Positions 17,767 through 28,797 of a stretch of 64,000 bases of DNA are shown piece by piece (positions within the stretch are counted from its first letter, which is position 1; each line of letters opens with the position of its first letter). The position numbers and the translations under genes were made by a program. Where the stretch lies: the NCBI GenBank assembly GCA_039190745.1, contig JBCCXZ010000007.1, positions 1-64,000 on the forward strand, written 5' to 3'. The notes under the pieces are model-generated. The model made no database searches. It saw only the letters and a program-made list of their open reading frames with translations, and was not told the DNA's origin. The stretch is from Planctomycetota bacterium (lineage in GTDB: Bacteria; Planctomycetota; Planctomycetia; Pirellulales; Lacipirellulaceae).

Positions 17767-19347
17767 ATGGCCTCGACCGGAACTGTGAAGAGCGGCAACC
17801 CCGTAGTGTGGGCGATCGCCGCGGTCCTGGCAGCCTACGCGGCAGCAGCCGTGCTCCACCTCCCGCAGCACGCCACCGAGTTGGTCATCGGCGCGCACCA
17901 CTCAGACGCACACGATGGCGCCCATGCCGCGGACGGCCACGTCGGCCACGGCCACGACGCCGGTCACGCCGAGTCGGCGGCACCGGCGTTCTGGACCATC
18001 ACGCCCTTCGTGATGCTGCTGCTGGCGATCGCGGTTTTCCCGTTGGTCGGCAAGACCGCCCACTGGTGGGAGCACAACTCCAACCGCTTCAAGGTCGCCG
18101 TCGGCCTCGCCGCCCTCACACTCAGCTACTACGCTTTCTTGCACGACAGCCCGGTCGAGGCGCACTGGCCAGCCCACTCGGTGGCCGAGCCCACCGGCGG
18201 CTTCGTGGAGATCGGCTTCGTTACCGCGATCCTGGGCAACGCGTTGCTCTCCGAGTTCGTGCCCTTCATCGTGCTGCTGTTCAGCCTCTACACCATCGCC
18301 GGGGGCGTCCGCATCGAAGGCGACCTCCAGGCCAGCCCGCTGACCAACGCGCTCTTTATGGCCGTTGGCGGACTGCTTGCGAGCTTCATCGGCACAACCG
18401 GCGCCGCGATGCTGCTGATCCGGCCGCTGCTCGATACGAACGACGAGCGCAAGCACGTCTCCCACACGGTCGTGTTCTTTATCTTCGTGGTCTGCAACTG
18501 CGGCGGCTGTCTGCTGCCGATCGGCGACCCGCCGCTGTTCCTCGGCTACCTCGAAGGCGTCAACTTCTTCTGGACGATGAGCCTTTGGGAGCCTTGGTTG
18601 TTCGTCAACGGGCTGCTGCTGCTGCTCTACTGCCTGGTCGACCAGTTCTTCTTCTACCCGCGTGAAGATGTTAAAGACGTCCGCCGCGACGTCACCCAAA
18701 CCCGCCGGATCCACATCTCCGGGCTGAAGCTCAACGGCCCGCTGCTGCTGGGCGTCGTCCTCGCGGTCGCCTTCCTCGACCCCAAGAAGGCCATCCCCGG
18801 CACCGATTGGCACGCCTGGATGTTCCTCCGCGAGGCCGTGCAGCTTGCCCTGGTGGCCGCGTCGCTCTACTTCGGCTCGAAACGCATCCGCGAGGCGAAC
18901 CACTTCAACTACCACGCCATCATCGAGGTCGCAGCGCTGTTCTGCGGCATCTTCATCTGCATGCAGCCCGCCCTGCAAATCTTGGGTGAGAGCGGCGCCG
19001 CTTTGGTCGAGAAGTTCAACGCCGGCCCGCGGGAGTTTTTCTGGGGCACCGGCTTCCTGTCGTCGTTCCTCGATAACGCTCCCACGTACCTCGTGTTTTT
19101 CAAGACCGCCCAGCAGCCGGGCATGCTCGGCGACACCGGCGGGGTCGACGCCACCATTCTGACCGCTATCAGCCTCGGCGCCGTCTTCATGGGAGCGATG
19201 ACCTACATCGGCAACGGCCCCAACTTCATGGTCAAGGCCATCGCTGAAAAATCGGGGGTGCGGATGCCCAGCTTCTTCAGCTACATGCTGTACAGCTGCG
19301 TCTTCCTCCTGCCGATCCTCGGGCTTGCTGCCTGGCGTTACCTGTAA
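17767..19347 (+). CDS. Putative sodium:proton antiporter (IT superfamily)
   Basis: [58 protein letters not shown]; many TM helices. Confidence 0.9.
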   Translation: MASTGTVKSGNPVVWAIAAVLAAYAAAAVLHLPQHATELVIGAHHSDAHDGAHAADGHVGHGHDAGHAESAAPAFWTITPFVMLLLAIAVFPLVGKTAHWWEHNSNRFKVAVGLAALTLSYYAFLHDSPVEAHWPAHSVAEPTGGFVEIGFVTAILGNALLSEFVPFIVLLFSLYTIAGGVRIEGDLQASPLTNALFMAVGGLLASFIGTTGAAMLLIRPLLDTNDERKHVSHTVVFFIFVVCNCGGCLLPIGDPPLFLGYLEGVNFFWTMSLWEPWLFVNGLLLLLYCLVDQFFFYPREDVKDVRRDVTQTRRIHISGLKLNGPLLLGVVLAVAFLDPKKAIPGTDWHAWMFLREAVQLALVAASLYFGSKRIREANHFNYHAIIEVAALFCGIFICMQPALQILGESGAALVEKFNAGPREFFWGTGFLSSFLDNAPTYLVFFKTAQQPGMLGDTGGVDATILTAISLGAVFMGAMTYIGNGPNFMVKAIAEKSGVRMPSFFSYMLYSCVFLLPILGLAAWRYL

Positions 19348-19461
19348 GGGTCAGACTTAACAGGGGGCAAGCCAAACGCATCGCGGCGCTGCGTCCCCAC
19401 GCCGCGTCCGCTAGAATGCTCGGCTCTGAGCCACTCGAACCCTTCGACAACGCCCCGCCCA

Positions 19462-20655
19462 GTGTCTGCAGACGCCATCACCCCCACGATCACCGAGCAG
19501 GCCGATCTCGAAACGCTCTGCGAAGAGCTTTCCGCTGCGCCGGAAATCGCGTTCGATACGGAGTTTGTCTCCGAAGACACGTTCTACCCCGAGCTCTGCC
19601 TCGTGCAGGTCGCGACCCGCGACTCGTCGGCCGTCGTCGACGCAATCTCGGTCGAGGATGTGACCCCCCTCTGGGAAGTGATCACCCGCGGGAAGCACAC
19701 CACCGTTTTTCACGCCGGCCGTGAAGAGTTGAACTTCATGCTCCGCGCGGTCGGCGAGCTGCCGCACAAGCTGTTCGACGTGCAGATCGCAGCAGGATTC
19801 TGCGGGAACGAGTACCCCGCTTCCTACGGCTCAATTGTCGGCAAGTTTCTGGGTCACAAACCGCTCAAGGGGGAGCAGCGCACCGATTGGCGGAAGCGGC
19901 CGCTAACCAGCGCACAGGTCCGCTACGCCCTCGAAGACGTCAGGTTTTTGCTCCCGCTGTACGACAAGTTCAACGACACGCTGGGCGAACGGGGGCGGCT
20001 CAGCTGGCTCGATGAAGAACTCGAAAATTGGCAGCAGGAAGTCGCCGCCGCGCACAAGCGGAAAGACTGGCGGCGCGTGTCGGGCATCGGCAAGCTCGGT
20101 CCGCGGGGGCTGGCGATCGTCCGCGAGGTCTGGCACTGGCGCCTGGCCGAAGCCGAGCGGCGGAACATCCCTGCAAAACGCGTTTTGCGTGACGACCTCA
20201 TCGTCGAAATGGCGAAGCGGAAAACCGATCAGGCAGACCAGATCCTCAACATCCGCGGCATGCAGAAGGGCACCCTCACGCGCAAGGCCGACGAACTGGC
20301 CGAGTGCGTCCGCCGGGGCCTGGAGGCGGAGGTCGAGAACATCCCCCGATCTCGTCCGCACGCCCCTTCGCAGCTCGCGTTGCTCGGGCAGTTCCTCACG
20401 CCCGCGCTGACCACAATCTGTCAACGTGCGGAAGTAGCCGCCAGCATGGTCGGCACCGCAAGCGATGTCCGTGAGCTGGTCGCGCACCGCGTCGGGTTCG
20501 CCGGGGCAGACAAGCAAGAAACCCCAGCCCTGGCCCGTGGCTGGCGGGCCGAACTCGTCGGGAACCTGATCAACGAACTTCTCGACGGCAAACGCTCGAT
20601 CCGCATCGTCAACTCAAAGAACGCCGACCCGCTGAGCTTCGACGACGTGCCGTAG
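19462..20655 (+). CDS. rnd: Ribonuclease D
   Basis: IAFDTEF, FHAGREEL, FDVQIAA, TDWRKRPL...YALEDV, HRDC domain, GWRAELVG. Confidence 0.93.
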   Translation: MSADAITPTITEQADLETLCEELSAAPEIAFDTEFVSEDTFYPELCLVQVATRDSSAVVDAISVEDVTPLWEVITRGKHTTVFHAGREELNFMLRAVGELPHKLFDVQIAAGFCGNEYPASYGSIVGKFLGHKPLKGEQRTDWRKRPLTSAQVRYALEDVRFLLPLYDKFNDTLGERGRLSWLDEELENWQQEVAAAHKRKDWRRVSGIGKLGPRGLAIVREVWHWRLAEAERRNIPAKRVLRDDLIVEMAKRKTDQADQILNIRGMQKGTLTRKADELAECVRRGLEAEVENIPRSRPHAPSQLALLGQFLTPALTTICQRAEVAASMVGTASDVRELVAHRVGFAGADKQETPALARGWRAELVGNLINELLDGKRSIRIVNSKNADPLSFDDVP

Positions 20656-20661
20656 CAACCG

Positions 20662-23064
20662 CTAGCGTCGGGCGCCTTCCTCGGCACGCTCCGCCGTGTA
20701 CGGGGTTTCCCCTGCCTCCCAGCGGAACTCGTCCTCGTAGAAGCGGGTCGTCTCTTCGGTAGCCAACTTCAGCTCCAGGTCTTGGCAAACCACCTCGGCA
20801 CGGAAGACGTGCGTGCCCGCCCGGTCGGCTTTGGCGTGGATCCTCAGCGACAGCGTGCCGCCGGCCGGCAGCGTGTCGATCGGCTGCAGCGAGACGCGGC
20901 CGTCCTGCATCGAGTACTGGGCGCCCTCCACCGAGGTGGGATCGATGCCCTGCGAGAACAGACCGATCACGTTCACGCCCCGCGCCGAGGTTGTGCCCCG
21001 GTTCACAACGCGAACCTCGTATACGGTGTCCTCGCCCACGGCGATCGGCCCCTGCGGGTCGCTTACCTCCAGCTTGAGGTCTGCAAGGGCAACCACGTCG
21101 GTCTGCGGTTCGGCCCCGTCGCTCAGGTCTCCCGCGGCATTAGCACTAAGGCGAAGCCGGTTCAGACCCGGTCGGCTAAGCTTGCAACGCACCTGGAGGA
21201 AACGTTCTTCACCGACGTCGAGCGACGGCAACGACCAGCTCAAGCGGCCGCTGGCGTCGCTGTAGCGGTGGCCCTCGCTCGCGGTGAGGAACTCAGCGTC
21301 TTCGGGCAGATCGAGCGAGACATCTACCGTCTCGGTCGGAGCCGAACCAGGGTTGCGCACCCGGAAGTAGTAAGTCGCAGGCGTCCCGGCGTACTTCTTG
21401 TCCGGTCCGCGCCAATCGATCTCCAGCGCCGGCCGGCGGCAGAGCACCGACTTTTCGGTCTCGGCAAACAGCCCCGTGTCGGCGTTGACGCTCGCTTGCA
21501 TCGTTAGTTCGCCTTCGTCTCGGGCGGTCAGCTCAAGCTCCACTTCATGGGTTTCGCCAGCTCCGATGACTCCCACAGCGTGGCTGGTCGTGACGCCCGC
21601 TTCCTGCCCGGGCGGAAGCAACTCCACCACGACGTTCTCCGCCGGGCCGGTGCCGGGGTTCGAGAGCACCAGCTTGTAGCGCTCGCCCTTGCCGTAGAGC
21701 ACTTCGCTGGGCCCTTGGATCGCGATCCGCAGCTTCGGCTCCATCACGTCCAGCGTGGCGACCGCCTCGGTAGGCGCCTGGCTCCACTGCACGGCTAGCG
21801 GGATGGTCGAACCTTCCCGCGGCACCAGCCGAAGGCTCAGCTCGTGCTCGGCCCCCGGTTCGAGTTCGTAGAGCCGCCAGTCGATCGAGTTGTTGTCGCC
21901 GCTCTCCGACCGCTTCACGACCCCGCTGGTCGAGTAAGTATCGATCAGCTCGGCTGTTCTCGGAATCCGTACCGAAGCAGACAGCTCACGGACCGGAGTG
22001 TCGCCCTGGTTCTGCAGCACGACGCGGTAGCCCGCCTCCTTGCCGACGACGACTTTCCGCGGACCCTCGATCCGGGACGTCACCGAGGGCTGCATATGCG
22101 TCAGCAACACGCCGCCGGTATTGGAGAATCCCTTCGCTCTGCGATCGGTACGCAGACCCTCGGGGCGGGACGCCACCGAACTCTCGATCCGAGGAGCACG
22201 CTTCGGAGCCTGTGGCCGCTCAGTGTTCTGAAAAACTTCCTGTACGCCGTCGAACCGTGGTTCGGGTTCGACGACTGCCGGCTCTGCGGGAACCGACGCC
22301 ACCGAGGCGGTCTCGGAGCCGACAGCCGGCCGCAGATTCCTCAGCGATTCGCCGACATCGATCGTCCGCCGCCGGGGGGTGCGGCTTGACGCCGCCCGTG
22401 CTGGGGCGCGATTCGCCGCCGGGGGAGCAGCCGGCACGGCAGTTTCCGCTACCCGCTCCACCGGCGCCGCCGGGACCGTCTCCACGGGCTCGGCTTCGGC
22501 CAGGCTGTCACGACCCGCTTCTAGGAATGCGCTCAGGCCGCGACCGGTTGCCGATTCTGATGCCACCGCCTCCGCTTCAGGCTCTTCTGCTAAGGCCGAC
22601 AAAGCATCCCGCAATTCACTCTCTCGGCTAGTCGCCGGTGACGAGCGGATCACCTCGGGCTTGCTTGTCTCTGCAAGTGGCGTGATCGGTCGCTTGAGCG
22701 GCCGTTGACTCTGGGGATTCGGAATCTGCGAAGTGCGAGAGCCCTTCTGATCTTCTTCGGCGAAGAACTCCTTCTCGTAATCAAAACCCTCTTCGTCGAT
22801 GGCCTGATCTCGTCCGCCCGAGCCGCCCCGCGAGAACGCGCCGCCGCCCATCCGGTTCTGGCGGCTCCGTCCATAGCGGTTGTTGCTGCCGCTACGCGAG
22901 GAGCCCGACCCGGCGTTGTCGTTCTTGCCAACCAGTGACTTGCCGAACGAAGATAGCCGGTCGGCGAGAGACTGCTTCTCTTGAGCACCCGCCTCTCGCG
23001 GCGTGAACAAGAAGCCCGCAGCGATGACCAGTAGTAGGACCTGCAAGCGGTAACCGGTAGACAT
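20662..23064 (-). CDS. Exported DUF11 / OmcB-like Ig-fold repeat protein
   Basis: Signal peptide, long low-complexity region, four repeats of Y.(I/V).(L/V).N.G..PA..V. Confidence 0.8.
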   Translation of the reverse strand: MSTGYRLQVLLLVIAAGFLFTPREAGAQEKQSLADRLSSFGKSLVGKNDNAGSGSSRSGSNNRYGRSRQNRMGGGAFSRGGSGGRDQAIDEEGFDYEKEFFAEEDQKGSRTSQIPNPQSQRPLKRPITPLAETSKPEVIRSSPATSRESELRDALSALAEEPEAEAVASESATGRGLSAFLEAGRDSLAEAEPVETVPAAPVERVAETAVPAAPPAANRAPARAASSRTPRRRTIDVGESLRNLRPAVGSETASVASVPAEPAVVEPEPRFDGVQEVFQNTERPQAPKRAPRIESSVASRPEGLRTDRRAKGFSNTGGVLLTHMQPSVTSRIEGPRKVVVGKEAGYRVVLQNQGDTPVRELSASVRIPRTAELIDTYSTSGVVKRSESGDNNSIDWRLYELEPGAEHELSLRLVPREGSTIPLAVQWSQAPTEAVATLDVMEPKLRIAIQGPSEVLYGKGERYKLVLSNPGTGPAENVVVELLPPGQEAGVTTSHAVGVIGAGETHEVELELTARDEGELTMQASVNADTGLFAETEKSVLCRRPALEIDWRGPDKKYAGTPATYYFRVRNPGSAPTETVDVSLDLPEDAEFLTASEGHRYSDASGRLSWSLPSLDVGEERFLQVRCKLSRPGLNRLRLSANAAGDLSDGAEPQTDVVALADLKLEVSDPQGPIAVGEDTVYEVRVVNRGTTSARGVNVIGLFSQGIDPTSVEGAQYSMQDGRVSLQPIDTLPAGGTLSLRIHAKADRAGTHVFRAEVVCQDLELKLATEETTRFYEDEFRWEAGETPYTAERAEEGARR

Positions 23065-23292
23065 AATCGCGTCCTTGCGATGAAGGGGTCTCAGCCATTG
23101 CCCGTTGCTCCGCGGATCGCGCAGCACCCGGACTGGGAGAGTATCGGTTGCGGACCGTAGGAAAGATGAGCCAAAAGCTCCGCGCATTCCGGTCATCCAG
23201 AATGGGCAATCTGCGGACCATAGGACAGACCCAGCGGAGGCACAGCGGCTAGCAGCTGAAACCCGAGCGACCTCCGACCCAAGCAGGCGCCG

Positions 23293-24330
23293 CTAGCAGA
23301 CGCCGCTCGCGGGCTGCTGCACCACCTCAAAACCCAGGTCGGTGATCATGCGGTAGTCTTCCTCAGGCAGCTGCCCCTCGGTGGTGAGGTAGTCGCCGAC
23401 AAAGATCGAGTTCGCCGCATACAGCCCCAGCGGCTGCAGGCTCCGGAGGTGCACTTCGCGGCCGCCCGCGATGCGGACTTCCTGAGTCGGGTTCGTCAGC
23501 CGGAACATCGCAAGCACCTTCAGGCAGTAGCTCGGCGTGAGGTCCGACCGCCCCTCGAGCGGCGTGCCGTCGATCGCGTTGAGGAAGTTCACGGGGATCG
23601 ACTCGACGCCCAGCTCACGCAGCTCCATGGCCATCGCCACCACGTCGGTGGGCTGCTCGCCCATGCCGACGATGCCGCCCGAACACAGCTCCATCCCCGC
23701 CGACCGCACCGCCTTCAGCGTGTCGACGCGGTCTTGGTAGGTGTGGGTCGTGCAGATCGACTCGTAGAACTCCCGACCCGTGTTCAGGTTGTGGTTCACA
23801 CGGTCGACGCCGCAGGCCTTCAGACGCTCCGCCTGATCCGGAGTGAGGAGGCCAAGGCACGCGCAGATGTCGAGCCCGTATTTCTCCTTGATCTCTGGCA
23901 CGATCTGTTCAACCGCCTGGATCTCCCGCTCGTTGGGCCCGCGGGCCGAGATCACCATGCAGTACGTCTTCGCCTGGCGCTCCGCCGCAGCCGCAGCACC
24001 CGCCAGCAGGTCGTCACGCCGCAGCAGGTTGTAGCGGGGGATCTCTGCGTCGGAGACCTTCGACTGCGAGCAGTAGCCGCAGTCCTCGGGACACAGACCG
24101 CTTTTGGCGTTCATCAGGAAGTAGAGCTGCACCTTGTTCCCAAAGTACCGGCTCCGCACACGGTAAGCCGCGTGCAGCACGTCGAGCAGTTCGGCGTCCG
24201 GAGCAGCAAGCACCGTTTCAGCATCTGCGGCCGATACAGACTCGCCTGCCAAGACCCTCTCCGCCATCGATTGCCACGTCGAAATCGCATTTGTTTCGGG
24301 CACACCTAGAGCGGACGGAGAGGCGGTCAT
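23293..24330 (-). CDS. bioB: Biotin synthase
   Basis: CPEDCGYCSQS radical-SAM motif, NHNLNT, CSGGIVGMGE, IPVNFL, RIAGGRE, ANSIFVGDYLTT. Confidence 0.97.
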   Translation of the reverse strand: MTASPSALGVPETNAISTWQSMAERVLAGESVSAADAETVLAAPDAELLDVLHAAYRVRSRYFGNKVQLYFLMNAKSGLCPEDCGYCSQSKVSDAEIPRYNLLRRDDLLAGAAAAAERQAKTYCMVISARGPNEREIQAVEQIVPEIKEKYGLDICACLGLLTPDQAERLKACGVDRVNHNLNTGREFYESICTTHTYQDRVDTLKAVRSAGMELCSGGIVGMGEQPTDVVAMAMELRELGVESIPVNFLNAIDGTPLEGRSDLTPSYCLKVLAMFRLTNPTQEVRIAGGREVHLRSLQPLGLYAANSIFVGDYLTTEGQLPEEDYRMITDLGFEVVQQPASGVC

Positions 24331-24539
24331 GTCGGTCTTTCCTGCAATCTACTGAGCGATGTCTTGTCCGCGAGGGCCGCTAGAGGACCCGCAAACTGCC
24401 CCCGGTGTTGCGAGTATACCGCGCCTGACGCGGCCGCGTCAGGCGGCCTGAGGTTGGCAATCGCCGCGGCTCCCGCCAGAATCGTATGGGAGGAGTCGCC
24501 CGATGACTCCTTGCCATCCACTCCGTGTTAATCGCACAC

Positions 24540-25100
24540 ATGTCTGACCACCTGATCCGCTACGGCCTGATGGGCTCGGTGGACCGTTTCCGCTCCGCGG
24601 ACGGGACGGTGTTTCCACGCTCGTCGCGTGTGATCGTCCGGACACCGCGGGGTTTGGAGACCGGCGAGGTGCTCGCCCCGCCTGACGAGGGCCTAGTGCC
24701 AACGGCTGAGCCGATCGGCCCCGTCCTCCGCCTGATGACTGTGGAGGACGACCTCCTTGCCGCACGGCTGCGGGCCCGCCGGGACGAGGCGTTCGCCGCC
24801 TGCACACAAATACTGGCCGAGCAGCAAGAACCCGCGGTGCTCGTCGACGTCGAACACCTCTTCGACGGGAGGGGGCTGTTCTTCTACTTCCTGGGCGAGT
24901 CGCCGCCGGAGGCGGACCGATTGACGCGGCAGCTCGCCGAGAAGTACGAGACGGAGGTCGCCTTCCACCGCTTTGCCGAGACGCTTTCCGAAGGCTGCGG
25001 ACCCGGGTGCGGCACCGAGGAGGCGATGGGGCAGGGGGGGTGTGCGTCGTGCACGTCCTGCGCGGTCGCCAGCGCGTGCAGCACGAAGGGCGGCGGCTAG
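24540..25100 (+). CDS. PSP1 / RicT(YaaT)-like protein with Cys-rich C-terminus
   Basis: RVIVRTPRGLETGEVL, LVDVEHLFDG..LFFYFL, CGPGCG...CASCTSC....C. Confidence 0.75.
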   Translation: MSDHLIRYGLMGSVDRFRSADGTVFPRSSRVIVRTPRGLETGEVLAPPDEGLVPTAEPIGPVLRLMTVEDDLLAARLRARRDEAFAACTQILAEQQEPAVLVDVEHLFDGRGLFFYFLGESPPEADRLTRQLAEKYETEVAFHRFAETLSEGCGPGCGTEEAMGQGGCASCTSCAVASACSTKGGG

Positions 25101-25411
25101 GCGTCGCCAAGCGAAGACAGGAACTCGCTCATCTCTCCTGCGGCGTGCATGTCTCCCTGCGTACGGGCCGCCTCGATCCCGTCGCGCAGGTAGCCCCGCG
25201 CCTCCGGCACGCGTCCCAGCCGTGTGAGCTGCTGGCCGGCCATAAAGAATGCCGCTACGTAGGGCGGTTCGTCCTTTGTCAGCCCGTCGAGGTGCAACAA
25301 GCTCTCCTCATGCCGCGTCTCTTTGTCTAACTCCATCGCCAGGCTGTACCGCAGGAACGTGTCCCCCGGCTCGTCGGCGAGCATCGCTTCGATCTTCTCT
25401 CGGCGTGACAT
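25097..25411 (-). CDS. Small TPR protein
   Basis: R.EKIEAML.DEP.D.FLRYSLAME, PPYVAAFFMAGQ, GDMHAAGEM. Confidence 0.85.
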   Translation of the reverse strand: MSRREKIEAMLADEPGDTFLRYSLAMELDKETRHEESLLHLDGLTKDEPPYVAAFFMAGQQLTRLGRVPEARGYLRDGIEAARTQGDMHAAGEMSEFLSSLGDA

Positions 25412-25440
25412 AGTTCAACCTTCGTTCAACATCCCCAGAG

Positions 25441-26466
25441 TCACTCAAAGTCGCCCGATACCCGGTACAACGCCCCGGTCGGACCGGACTCGTTCCCGTC
25501 TAATTCTCCAGTAGCGATCGCGTATGGTAAACCGTCCGGCCCAAACACCAAGTCGGTAGGCCGGGTGAGCAATGCCAGCAGCGCCGGTTGGCAAGACTGA
25601 CGCCCGCCCTCAAGCACCTCATCAAGCCGGTACACGCCGCCCCCCTCGGCCCGAGACGCGCCGTTGACCGCGTACAACTCGCCCCGTGGGCTGTAAGCCA
25701 CCCCGCACAACTCGTCGAGCGGAACCGGCAGCGACAGGACAAGCTCCCCGCTGTGCGGCTTGTAGAAGTGCAGACTACTGTCGGCGGGCTCGTCGCCGCC
25801 GCTGTCAGCCACGACGACAAACCGGGGACGGCCCGACGGCGACAGCGCCACACCGCGGGGGCGCCGGAGACTTTCGCTCGTGAGCGTTCCGAAACGCTCA
25901 ACCCGGTTGCCCGAAACCTGCCCCAACAGGACAGCCCCACTGCCGCCGGTCTGCACGACGGCAAACACCCTGGCGGGCCCTTCTGCGAGGACTAAGCCGT
26001 AGAAGTCGGCCGCCGCCGAATCTACCGCAGCGATGCTTGCCGGCTGCCCGGGTTCGCCTGCTCGGAGTGTCGTCGCGTCTCTGGGGAGCAAAAAATTGCT
26101 GGCGCCCCCCCTAGTACCTACCAGCAACCGTGTGCGTGTCGTAAGGACGACCGCTAGCGGGCCGCCTTCCGACAGGCCTTCGACGGCCTTCGATACCTGG
26201 GGCGGCTCGCTGGAGAGCACCTGCCGGACCGTCCCGGAGCCAGACTCGGCGATAAAGAACTCGTGCGGCGCCTCGTCGCTGTTCCAACGCCGGACCGCGA
26301 GGGCGGTCGGGCGGTCGAGTCCCTCGTAGACGGTCTCGACAGAATAATCCGCTGACTCGTCGACCACGCCGGCACCGTAAGCGTGCGAGCAGGAGCAGAC
26401 GAACAGTGCCAACGGCCACAAGCCAGAACAGACGCGAACGAACTCCGCCAGCCAGCAACCAATCAC
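25441..26466 (-). CDS. Exported beta-propeller-like hypothetical protein
   Basis: GTGA overlap with the leuD stop, signal-like N-terminus, repeats [10 protein letters not shown] / RPRGVALSP / [11 protein letters not shown] / [11 protein letters not shown]. Confidence 0.7.
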   Translation of the reverse strand: MIGCWLAEFVRVCSGLWPLALFVCSCSHAYGAGVVDESADYSVETVYEGLDRPTALAVRRWNSDEAPHEFFIAESGSGTVRQVLSSEPPQVSKAVEGLSEGGPLAVVLTTRTRLLVGTRGGASNFLLPRDATTLRAGEPGQPASIAAVDSAAADFYGLVLAEGPARVFAVVQTGGSGAVLLGQVSGNRVERFGTLTSESLRRPRGVALSPSGRPRFVVVADSGGDEPADSSLHFYKPHSGELVLSLPVPLDELCGVAYSPRGELYAVNGASRAEGGGVYRLDEVLEGGRQSCQPALLALLTRPTDLVFGPDGLPYAIATGELDGNESGPTGALYRVSGDFE

Positions 26467-27062
26467 ACCGGCTCCATCCCACGCGCGGCCTCGTAGGCGG
26501 CGATCTTGTCGGCGTGCTCGAGCGTTGTGCCGATGTCGTCCAGCCCGTTCAACAAGCAATGCCGACGGAACGGAGCCACCTCGATCTCCACGCTGAACCC
26601 CTGCTCGTCACTAAGGACGCACTCCTGCAAGTCGGCGGTGAGTTGGTAACCCTCGTGCTCCGCTGCGCGCTGGAACAGCTCCTCGACCTGCTCCTCACTC
26701 AGCCGCACGGGCAGCATGCCGTTCTTGAAGCAGTTGTTGTAGAAGATGTCTGCAAAGCTCGGCGCCACGACCACCCGGAATCCGTAATCCTCCAAGGCCC
26801 ACGGGGCGTGTTCCCGACTGGAGCCACTGCCGAAGTTCCGCCGGGCGAGTAGCACGCTGGCCCCCGCGACCTCGGGCTTGTTCAGTTCGAACTCCGGGTT
26901 CGGCGAGCCGTCGTCGAGCCGGGCCCAGTCCCAGAACAAGAACTCCCCGAACCCCGTCCGCTCGATCCGCTTGAGGAACTGCTTGGGGATGATCTGGTCG
27001 GTATCGACGTTCGCCCGGTCCATCGCTGCGACCAATCCGGAGTGCTTTGTGAATGGCTTCAT
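26463..27062 (-). CDS. leuD: 3-isopropylmalate dehydratase small subunit
   Basis: [43 protein letters not shown]. Confidence 0.97.
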   Translation of the reverse strand: MKPFTKHSGLVAAMDRANVDTDQIIPKQFLKRIERTGFGEFLFWDWARLDDGSPNPEFELNKPEVAGASVLLARRNFGSGSSREHAPWALEDYGFRVVVAPSFADIFYNNCFKNGMLPVRLSEEQVEELFQRAAEHEGYQLTADLQECVLSDEQGFSVEIEVAPFRRHCLLNGLDDIGTTLEHADKIAAYEAARGMEPV

Positions 27063-27120
27063 AATCGATGAACTCTTACTGGCAGAGAATTCTCTACTGC
27101 TAATGTCTGATTGGGTAACC

Positions 27121-27236
27121 AGAGAACAGGAACACTAATCAGCACTAATCTCCGCTAATCAGATGAGTGTCGATTAGCGAGGATTAGTGTTCCCCTCTCT
27201 TCTTTGTGCTTCTTCGGGTCTTCGTATCATTGTGGT
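27121..27236. repeat. Intergenic short tandem + inverted repeat element
   Basis: Three 10-nt units ending CTAATC (27131-27160), two inverted GATTAG copies (27172-27191), outer arm GAACACTAATC/GATTAGTGTTC. Confidence 0.75.
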
Positions 27237-27250
27237 GGAATACTCGGGAA

Positions 27251-28669
27251 CTAAGTCCGGTCCCATTCGCGGACATCAACAAAGTGCCCTGCCACCGCCG
27301 CCGCAGCAGCCATCTCCGGCGAGACCAAGTGCGTCCGGCCGCCCTTGCCTTGGCGGCCCTCGAAATTGCGGTTGCTCGTCGAAGCGCAACGCTCGCCCGG
27401 AGCCAGCTTGTCCGGGTTCATCGCCAGGCACATGCTGCACCCGGCCTCCCGCCAGTCGAAGCCGGCTTCCTTAAACACCGTGTCGAGTCCTTCTTCCTCG
27501 GCCTGCAGCTTCACCTGGCCGCTGCCCGGCACCACCATCGCGTTGACGTGGTCGGCCACCTTCCGGCCCTTCGCCACACTGGCCGCGGCACGCAGGTCTT
27601 CGATGCGTGCGTTCGTGCACGAGCCGATGAACACCCGGTCGAGCTTCAGGTCGACCACCCGCTCGCCGCCCTCCAGACCCATGTAGTCCAACGCATTGGC
27701 AGCGGTCTTCTGATCGGTGGGGTCGGTGAAGTCCCCCGGCGTCGGCACGGTCGTCGTCACGGGGACGACCAAACCCGGGTTCGTCCCCCAGGTTACCTGC
27801 GGGGCGATGTCCGAAGCCGAGAACGTCAGTGACTTGTCGTAGGTCGCCCCGTCGTCGGTCGGCAGGGTCCGCCACTTGGCGACGGCCGCGTCGAAATCCT
27901 CTGGCACGAACGGCCGGCCGCGGAGGTAATCGAACGTCGTCTCGTCGGGGGCAATCATCCCGGCCCGGGCACCCGCCTCGATCGACATGTTGCAGACCGT
28001 CATGCGGTTTTCCATCGTCAGCCCGCAGACCGCCTCGCCGGTGTACTCGATGCAGTACCCCGTACCGCCGTCGGTGGTGATCTGGCCGATGAGGTACAGG
28101 ATCATGTCCTTAGCCGTCACCCCGCCCGGCAGCGGTCCGTCGACCCGCAATTCGAGCGTCTTCGGCTTGTCCTGCAGCAGCGTCTGCGTGGCGAGCACGT
28201 GCTCGACCTCGCTCGTGCCGATCCCGAAGGCGAGCGCCCCGAAGGCCCCGTGCGTCGAGGTGTGGCTGTCGCCGCAGACGATCGTCATGCCAGGCTGCGT
28301 GTACCCAAGCTCCGGGCCGATCACATGCACGATGCCCTGCCGGGCGTCGTTGAGGTCGTAGTACTGCACGCCGAACTCGGCGCAGTTCTCGCGGAGCTTA
28401 TCGATCTGCTGCTTCGAGATCGGGTCGGCGATCGGCAAGCTGCGGTCGCTGGTGGGGACGTTGTGGTCGGCGGTCGCGATGGTCCGTTCCGGGCGGCGAG
28501 GCTTCCGGCCAGCCAAGCGCAAACCCTCGAAGGCCTGCGGGCTAGTCACCTCATGCACCAAGTGCAGGTCGATGTAAAGGATCGCCTGCCGCCCCGGCTC
28601 GGCGTGGACGACGTGCTCGTCCCAAATCTTCTCAAACAGCGTCCGGGGCAAGGCGTTAGTTTCGGCCAT
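27251..28669 (-). CDS. leuC: 3-isopropylmalate dehydratase large subunit
   Basis: [56 protein letters not shown]. Confidence 0.98.
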   Translation of the reverse strand: MAETNALPRTLFEKIWDEHVVHAEPGRQAILYIDLHLVHEVTSPQAFEGLRLAGRKPRRPERTIATADHNVPTSDRSLPIADPISKQQIDKLRENCAEFGVQYYDLNDARQGIVHVIGPELGYTQPGMTIVCGDSHTSTHGAFGALAFGIGTSEVEHVLATQTLLQDKPKTLELRVDGPLPGGVTAKDMILYLIGQITTDGGTGYCIEYTGEAVCGLTMENRMTVCNMSIEAGARAGMIAPDETTFDYLRGRPFVPEDFDAAVAKWRTLPTDDGATYDKSLTFSASDIAPQVTWGTNPGLVVPVTTTVPTPGDFTDPTDQKTAANALDYMGLEGGERVVDLKLDRVFIGSCTNARIEDLRAAASVAKGRKVADHVNAMVVPGSGQVKLQAEEEGLDTVFKEAGFDWREAGCSMCLAMNPDKLAPGERCASTSNRNFEGRQGKGGRTHLVSPEMAAAAAVAGHFVDVREWDRT

Positions 28670-28797
28670 GATCGGTAGGGTTGGTTGGGAATGCCTTGGT
28701 TACCGGCGGGTCGCGCTGCCCGCCGAGCCCATCATCATAAACCCCAGGGGCCGCTGGCAAAAGCCGCGGGAGGCGCTGAGGTCTCAACCGGCCATCG

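Noticed and set aside
27121..27200. CRISPR array
   Set aside because: Units are 10 nt with no spacers, and there are no cas genes.
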